Shown piece after piece: positions 56,601-64,000 of a DNA stretch of 64,000 bases. Source of the DNA: Caecitellus pseudoparvulus (Eukaryota > Protista > Bigyra: Bicosoecida); the NCBI GenBank assembly GCA_965644315.1, contig CBFFRQ010000069.1:992001-1056000 (forward strand). Direction: 5' to 3'. The notes beneath the pieces are model-generated. The model did not search any database and was not told where the DNA came from. It saw nothing but the letters and a program-made list of their open reading frames with translations. Position 1 is the first letter of the stretch. Every line of letters begins with the position of its first letter. A program made the position numbers and the translations under genes.

Positions 56601-59600
56601 CTGGCCGCCACACTCAGCCGTTTTGCATCTTGCACTGTGGTGGGGGCCTGTGAGGCTGGCTGCCAGTTGGCGGGGCTGGTGGGCAAGCGCCAAGGGGCAG
56701 GTGCGGCAGCTGTGACTGTCAAGAACATCTTCAAGGCAGCGTCTCCTGCGGACGCCGGCGGCGCGGCGGCGCGAGCGGAGGAAGAGCGCAACCACGACCT
56801 GCCCACTGTGTCCATCGTGCACGGAACTAGGGGCACCTTGAGCAGTGCCAAGGCCAGCATGGCCCTGGCCCGCGTCGGGGGCAAGTACGGTGGAAAGGGC
56901 AGCACGTTTGCCCTGGTGTGTGCCATCGTGCAAGAGCCGCGGGCGTCAGTGGCCCCTGGCGCGAAGAAGGAGGGCAGCAGCTTGGAGGTGCCGATGCAGG
57001 CCTCGCCACGCCGCGACACGACCTCTGACCTGCACATCTCCCGGCCGAGCTTGACTCAAGATGCCCAGGCCGTTGTGCCATTTACGCCCACGAAAGTGCC
57101 CACCAGTCCGGGTGGCCTGGGCATCTCGGTGCCAGCGAGCAGCCTGGAAAGCAAGATGCCACCCGCAAAGGCCCTCAGCGGCCGCAGCGGGGTCGGGCCA
57201 CTGCCACCCAGGCACCTGAGCAGCCAGACAGGTACTGTATCACCTCGCGCGCAGCATCTGCACGATGACTGCGAAAAGGGCGAGGCGGTGTTCCTGCCCA
57301 AGCGCACCGCTCCCGGCGCCGGGCGGCGCTCACACGCCAGCTCCGTCACATCTGCAAACCACGCTGAACGTGGCGCAGCAGCCCTGCGCATGGCCTTGCT
57401 CGGGGTCGGAGAGCGCCCAGCGGCCTCGAGAACCTCCCGTGTGTGGGGCGCAGAGCTGCATGGCCAGCAGCTCCGCGTGTACCGCGATGCAAACCTGCGC
57501 CACATGCTGCTGTGGGCGCTCGTGCTGACGGCATCTTCCCTTATTGCCCTCACTGCCTTCAGCGCTTCCCTGGAGGTGAACATGCTGGACCAATTGGGGG
57601 CGCTGAGCCTGGGCTTGTGGGCCGCTGGCACCCGCTTGCAGGTGTCGCAGTGGGCGGAGGCCTCCACGCAGCGCATGTTGGTGCGCCCTGGCATCCAAGT
57701 TGAGCCTGAAGAGACCAACTTGGCTGAGTTGGACCTGCTGCTCGGAGACTTCAAGGCGTTGGACGAGGACATTCAGCTGGCTGACACGCTGACGGCTGGG
57801 GCTGTGGAAGCGGTGGCGCAGGCCAGAGGTATTGACGTCAACGCACCGTACGTGCCTCCGTCAAACCTTTCGGAGGCTGCTCTGCTCCAGCAGTTCCAGG
57901 AAGACGCAGTGGCGCTGAAGTACCCCTCTGACCGCATGCGGTGGGTGCCCATTCCCGATGTTGGCTCGACGTCTGTGATGATGTCCATTTTTGAAGTGAA
58001 CCAGTGGTGCCTGCACAACCTGCGCATCATTGCCCAGCTGGAGACGGTGCCTGACTTCCACGGGAGCTCTGCCGCTGCGACGTACATGGCCGCCATGCAC
58101 AGGCGCGTGTGGCCGGCATTCAACGCCTCCATTCGGGCACGCGTGGAGACGATGAAGTCCTTCGCCACTGAAAGCGCCAGCGACGTTGCAGTTGTGGAGT
58201 TGCTTTCCTTCATCCTGGTGCCCATCGCGTTTGTCGCCGTTGGCCTGAGCGTTCTTGGCTACTTCTCGTGCAGGGTGGCAGAGGACCTGCTGCAACCCCT
58301 GCGTGGCCTGCGCAACCTCCCCACGTCCACTCTCACGAAAGTGCAAACGCGCACCTCTGAGCGCCTGGCTGAAGTCATCGCTCGCCGCGGCGGCAGCGGC
58401 CAAATCAGCGAGGGGGACGTGGACATGTTGTTTGGTGAATACGACAGTGGCCAGGACGACAGCAGCTCCTCCGAGGGGCAGGGCCTGCGCCTGGGCCTGC
58501 CGCAGTCGCCCACGGACATGAGCGATCGAGATGTTTCCCTGGGGGACGCTCAGTCAGCAAACGTGCTGGGGCGGACGACGCCCCAGGCTGGGGACGGCTC
58601 CCTGCCAGACAGCGCCCGGGGCCAGGAGTCCCCTGTGCGCTTGCCCAGCGGCAAGCGCCCGCGTACATCTCGCAGCCGTGCCCCCTCCATCAAGCCAGGT
58701 GTCCCCCGCACTCGCTCTTCGAAGGACAAGCGATCTGGCCGGGGCTTCTCCAACGTCTGCATGCGCCTGGGGATGCTGTCTTCTTGTCCCTTCCTGGCTG
58801 GCCTCATCGTCGTGATGGCTCTGCTCATTTACGTATACGGCACGTCCATCCGCGGGGTGCTGCAAGCCAACAGCCGCGCCATCTTGCTGCAGCAGGCGTC
58901 GTTCGAAATCTACGAGTTTCGTGACGCGGCCGGCGACTTCATGCTGGGGCGGGATCCCAGCTCTCCCCAGCGAGCCCAAGCGGCTCAGACCCGCCTCCTG
59001 GAGGCCATGAACGGCATCCTACACGGCACTCCAGAAGGCCCACTGGGAACCCCTGTCGAACCCCTGAAGCCAGACTCACAAGCTCGTCACCTGCTTGTGG
59101 AGGATGCGTGTGTCCCTGACGCACGGTGGCAGACTAACTGCAGCACCGTGTACGAGGGCGTGGCCGCGAACGGCGGCATCCTGCAGGTCTTCCTGCGAGC
59201 CTTTGGAGAGGGCAACCGGCTGCAAGCAGCTCTGTCTTCCATCGGCGGTTTCCAAGAGGGTGTGAATGTCTTCGCTCTGGTGCCAGGCTCCCTCCAGCAG
59301 ATGATCGACATCATCCTGCTTGACAAGCGGGTGGCTCGAGACGCCGTGCGGGTGCTGGGAAGGATGTTCCGCGATGAAGCTGTCACCACAGTCAATGACA
59401 CAAACGCTGGTAAAGACACTGTGGTTACCATCACATGGGTGTTCTTGCTGTTGCTTTCCTGCGTGCAGGCTTGGCTGCTGGTGCATGCCAACCGTGGCAT
59501 CGTGTCGGTGCGGTCCCTGCTGCTGCAGGTGCCAGGGAGCACCACACGGGACCCTTCAGCCTTCACAGGGCGTGTGTATGTGGAAGCCATGCAGAAGCAG

Positions 59601-59636
59601 TCGAAGCAGACAGTGGCGAAGCGCTGGTGTGTGTAA
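53608..59636 (+). CDS. TmcB/TmcC (tiny macrocysts)-like PAS-domain multi-pass membrane protein
   Basis: N-terminal TM exons, a TPR-like segment (RNPESSIAYRYYGDFL) and a PAS domain (IVSANAAAARLFG...VVGASVGALFP). Two C-terminal TM-ectoloop-TM modules. Several 5' introns with uncertain boundaries. Confidence 0.7.
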
Positions 59637-59806
59637 TAGTGGTCGCTGGATACGCCAGCACCCACCGCAATGCACAGAGTAAGTCCACCACCTATCGCTT
59701 GGGCAGTCGTGCAAGTGCATTCATGGAGGCGGCGCCGGTGGTGCAATTGCCTTGCATGGCGGCGCATGGAGGTATGGGCAATTCATGGCCAGCGTGGATC
59801 CTTAGC

Positions 59807-60867
59807 TCAGTGCTGTTTCTCGTCAGCCTTTGCGATGGACTTCAAACCTACACCGTTGAAGAACACCTGCAGCATCTGCCAAAACCAGAACAAGTTCATG
59901 GAGTTCATGATGGCGTTGGCAGCCATCATGAACCCAACCACCAGCATGGAGTGCTGCTGCCCTGACTGTACCAGAGTGAGGATGTCCACCCACCAGATCG
60001 CAGTGGCCCACAGTCCGATAAAAATGCGTGTAATGAAGAAGACGATGAAGAAAGCAGCCTGAAAGGGTGGAAGAAAGGCGTGGAGGGCAATGTGCAGCGT
60101 GGGTTTGAGTCAGGCGCAGCAGCTCATAGTACGCACACTGGCTCCGATAAAGCACTTAGGGTACTTCTCGGCGTATCCGAACGTCAACATGGTCTTTCGA
60201 AGGTGCATGAGAGGTGTGGACGCCTCGTACAGCAAGACAATGGCAGCAGTGTGGTGCAAGAATGGCTTCTGCGCAGCGACCGGGGAGGAGGGCGTGTGAG
60301 GAGATACATGTCAGGCCTGCTACCTGAGCCACGGACAACGTACAAGGCAGCCGGAGAAGATGCCCAGGGCGACAAAGCCGTGCACCTGGAACAACAGACC
60401 CCACTCTGGGTGCAGGAGGCAGTCGATGCAATCCCAGATGAACCACCCAGCTGCCACAGCGACGAGGAAAGTTTGAATGAAGTCGTCCTTTGCGTACAGA
60501 TCACTCTGTAAGCCTGGATCACAGTTGAGCAGCGCGTACACGGCAGCGATACTCGTGTACAGGCCGTACACGGTGCCTGAGATGAAGCCAGGGGCGGTGG
60601 GGTGAGGAGCGGGTGCGCATTCCGCACCACGGCAAGCCTTGGCGAAAGGAACTCACCCATGACGCGTGTGCGGATGTTGTCCCAGTTGTCTTTCTTGCTG
60701 CTCTTGATAATCTGCTCGTACAGAGCTGGGAATGCAGCTGGGAAGCCATAATCAAGGAAGAGTTGCAGACCAAGCCAGACGCAAAACGATGCTGTGACGA
60801 CTGGGCCGTTGTCCACTACAGGCGTCACAAAGTTGTCCCATACATCTTGAACGAGAGCCTCCGCCAT
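59807..60867 (-). CDS. TLC-domain membrane protein, paralogue of 32682-33491, 4 exons
   Basis: PVVDN, SKK, RTRVMG, GWFIWD, LLYEASTPLMHLRK, FFITRI and MNLFWF. Three introns, e.g. 60059-60136. Confidence 0.88.
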
Positions 60868-61162
60868 GTTTGAGGCCTTTTCTCTATCCCGCGCCCCAAA
60901 CCGGCTGGACCTGTCCAGCAAGCTCTACAGTCGCAGCAGGTGCGGGCGCCGCTGACGAGGTGCAGTGCACCAACACGTCACACGCCCAAGCACGTGGGTG
61001 ACAGCGTGTGCGGCGTGGCAAAACACACCAGCCCAACAAATGAGAGGGTAAATGTGCAAACGTGCAAGGAAACTGATACTGGGGGCGTGGTTAGTTTTGT
61101 GTGCGCAGCTCAACTCTTCCCGCGCGTGCTTGCCGGCAGCTGCTGCAGCTTTTGCTTGGACC

Positions 61163-64000
61163 ATGAGGTTTAAGATTGATGGTGTGTTTCCAGTGCAGAG
61201 CGGCCAGTGTTGGCTGGGAGTGATGTGCATGCTGCGTTTATCCTGTGCAGATCTGGAAGTCTTCTTCCCCTATGATTTCATCTACAAGGAGCAGCTCAAC
61301 TTCATGGTGGAGCTTAAGGTGAGGAGTCAATTTCCGCGTCCAGCTGCCAACAAGTTGTCCCACCCCGATGCACTCCCACCTCCTCGCTCAGAGAGCGCTG
61401 GATGCAAAGGGTGATGGCTTGTTGGAAATGCCCACGGGAACGGGCAAGACCGTAACGGTTCTGAGCTTGGTCACGTCATACCAGCTGGCCCACCCTGAGT
61501 GTGGCAAGCTGGTGTACTGCACGCGCACAGTTCCCGAGATGACCAAGGCCATCGATGAGCTGAAGGGCGTCATTGCGTATCGAAAGAAGGAGCTGCTGAA
61601 GGATGCAGCCGCTCAAGCTGCCGCAGCAGGCCTGCCGGCACCGGAAAGCGTGCAGGGCGGGGACATCCTGGCCGTGTGCCTGTCCTCCCGACGCAACATG
61701 TGCATCCACGAAGGGGTGATGGAGCAGGGGGACCGGGAGAACGTTGACGCTGGGTGCAGGAACATGACTGCTTCATGGGTGCGTGCCCGTGCCGAGACCG
61801 ACCCGTCCGTGAGGCTGTGCGAGTACTTCGAGGACTACGACGCGGCGGGCAGCGACGCTGACCTGACCGGCATCTACAACGCTGAGGACTTGAAGCAGCT
61901 GGGGCGGGAGAAGGGCTGGTGCCCCTACTTCATGGCTCGGCACGTGCTGTCCTTCGCGAACGTCGTGGTGTACAACTACCAGTACATGCTGTCCCCCAAG
62001 ATCGCGCACTTGGTGTCTCGGGAGCTGGAGGACAAGTCCATCGTCGTGTTCGACGAAGCCCACAACATCGACAACATCTGCATTGAGACCATGTCCGTGA
62101 CGCTGGACAGGCGCCTGCTGGAGGCGTCCAGCCGCAATCTGAACAGCCTGGCAGGGGAGATCAAGCGCATGAAGGCGGCAGACGCACGCCGGCTGCAGGA
62201 GGAGTACCAGCGCCTGCTGTCAGGCTTGACAGAGGGCGGCGCTGCCGCACTAGCCCACCCCTCCAGGCCAGGGCAGCCTGCAGTGAGTGGCGGTGGCGCA
62301 GGTGCTGCAGCGCCCCCTGACGCACCAGGCGCCGTGAGGGACCGGGGCACGGCCATGGTGGCAGGAGGTGAGGAGGTGCTGGGTGCACCGGCCCTGCCCG
62401 AGGACATCCTGAAGGAAGCCATCCCAGGGAACATTCGCAACGCCGAGCACTTCATCCAGTTCATGAAGTACGTCGTGCGCTGGCTCATCAACCGCATCAA
62501 GGTGGCAGCTGTGGAGACGGAGACGCCTGGCAGCTTCACGGGCGCCATGGCCAGCGCCCTGAGCGTGGACACGCGGCCCCTGCGCTTCGCCTACTCCCGC
62601 CTGAACTCCCTCATGCGCACGTTGGAAATCACGAGCATGGACGAGTATGCGCCGCTGACCCTGGTGGCCGACTTCTGCACGCTCATCACGACGTACCCAG
62701 TGGGGTACATGGTGGTGCTGGAGCCGTACAACTCCCTCACCCCTGACATCGTGGACCCCATCATGCAGCTGGCGTGCCTGGACGCCTCCCTCGCCATCAA
62801 GCCTGTGTTCCAGAAGTTCCAGTCCGTCATCCTCATGAGCGGCACCCTCTCGCCGCTGGACATGTACCCCAAGATGCTGAACTTCCACCCCGTCGTGCGC
62901 GCCAGCTTCGAGATGTCCATCACCCGCCCCTGCATTGCGCCCATGATGGTGACGAAGGGGGCGGACCAGACGCCCTTGTCCACGCGCTTTGAAAGCCGCG
63001 ACGACCCCAACGTCACGCGCAACTACGCGGAGCTCGTCATCACCATGGCGCAGACAGTGCCAGACGGCCTGGTGGTCTTCTTCCCCTCCTACTCGTACAT
63101 GGAGCGCACCATCCTGCAGTGGCACAGGGACGGCATGCTGACCAAGATTCGGCAGCACAAGCTGCTGTTCCTGGAAACCAAGGACGTGGTGGAGACCACC
63201 CTGGCTCTCAATCAGTTCAAGCGTGCCTGTGACTCCGGCCGGGGGGCTGTCTTCTTCTCCATCGCCCGCGGGAAGGTGGCAGAGGGCATCGACTTCGACA
63301 AGCACTATGGCCGCTGTGTCGTGCTCATCGGCATCCCCTTCCAGTACACCCTCTCCCACGTCTTGCGCGCACGCCTGGTGTACTTGCGCGACACATTCCA
63401 CATCCGGGAGCAGGACTTCCTCACTTTTGACGCCCTGCGGCAGTCCTCCCAGTGTGTCGGCCGTGTCATCCGTTCCAAGTCGGACTACGGCGTGATGATC
63501 TTCGCCGACGCCCGGTACGCCCGGCACGACAAACGCAGCAAGCTGCCGCCGTGGATCATGCAGTTCATGCCTGAGGCACACATGGCACTGTCCACTCGCA
63601 CGGCGGCGCAGCTCGCCCGTCGATTCTTCAAGGAGTTGGCCCAACCATCCTCTGCCATGGCTGCCCTCGGCACGTCCTTGCTGTCCACAGAGCACGTGCA
63701 GGACCTGCTGCACAGCAGTGCTGCAGAGCCGAGGGAAGACGTCGGGCGCATCGTGCCTACCCCTGGGACTGCTGCGGTGATGACCTCTGGCGGTGGCTTC
63801 GTGGACCAGAGCAAGGTTGGCGTGTACGGCGCAGAGGACGCCGGGCCCTTGCCCACAGACTCTCGGCAGCAGGAGCCTTCAGGCGGACAAGCCAAGCAGC
63901 AAAGCCTGGGCTCTATGGGCGGCACCCGCCGCAGCCGAGAGGACATGGAGGGCAGTGTGCCTGACCTCCAGGCGGCGGGCTCGGGGGCGCCGGGGGTGGG
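61163..64000 (+). CDS. ERCC2: TFIIH helicase XPD/Rad3 (3' end beyond window)
   Basis: MRFKID|DLEVFFPYDFIYKEQ, EMPTGTGKT, SSRRNMCIH, CPYF, VFDEAHNIDN, SGTLSP, RGKVAEGIDF and QCVGRVIR. Introns 61182-61250 and 61319-61391. The frame stays open to the window end, which is probably why it is missing from the ORF track. Confidence 0.97.

Noticed and set aside
326-64000. NFS1, the CDGSH protein and XPD as an Fe-S gene cluster
   Set aside because: They are spread over 60 kb among unrelated housekeeping genes, with no evidence of a functional cluster.
1-64000. CRISPR arrays, rRNA, transposases, recoded stop codons
   Set aside because: None seen. The frame breaks I traced in conserved genes are explained by short GT-AG introns.

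Overview
Gene-dense, GC-rich eukaryotic nuclear DNA, not prokaryotic. Intergenic gaps are mostly tens to hundreds of bp, and the GT-AG introns I could trace are short (mostly about 60-100 nt). An ENO4-like pseudo-enolase and the compact gene structure suggest a flagellated protist, possibly a heterotrophic stramenopile; this is inference only. About 23 protein-coding genes are supported: NFS1, RRP15, an HtrL/YibB-like putative glycosyltransferase, importin-5, an orphan, a three-repeat orphan, a TMEM185-like membrane protein, a beta-propeller multi-pass membrane protein, ENO4-like, clathrin heavy chain, anoctamin, a TM-RING E3 ligase, two TLC-domain paralogues, NBS1, POLQ, a CDGSH Fe-S protein, a trifunctional purine enzyme, a BRCT-like protein, a MYND protein, DGAT2, a TmcB/C-like PAS protein and XPD (runs off the 3' end). 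The most notable observations are: (1) a sense-strand AATGCA motif just downstream of most stop codons, forming perfect palindromes between convergent genes, a candidate lineage-specific 3'-end/poly(A) signal; (2) a purine fusion in the order GARS-GART-AIRS rather than GARS-AIRS-GART; (3) NBS1 and POLQ head-to-head about 310 bp apart; (4) an orphan built of three copies of an unrecognised ~145-aa domain; (5) a MYND finger embedded in a bacterial-looking DUF-type protein. I saw no rRNA, tRNA, CRISPR array or transposon. All family calls are by motif recognition, without database searches.
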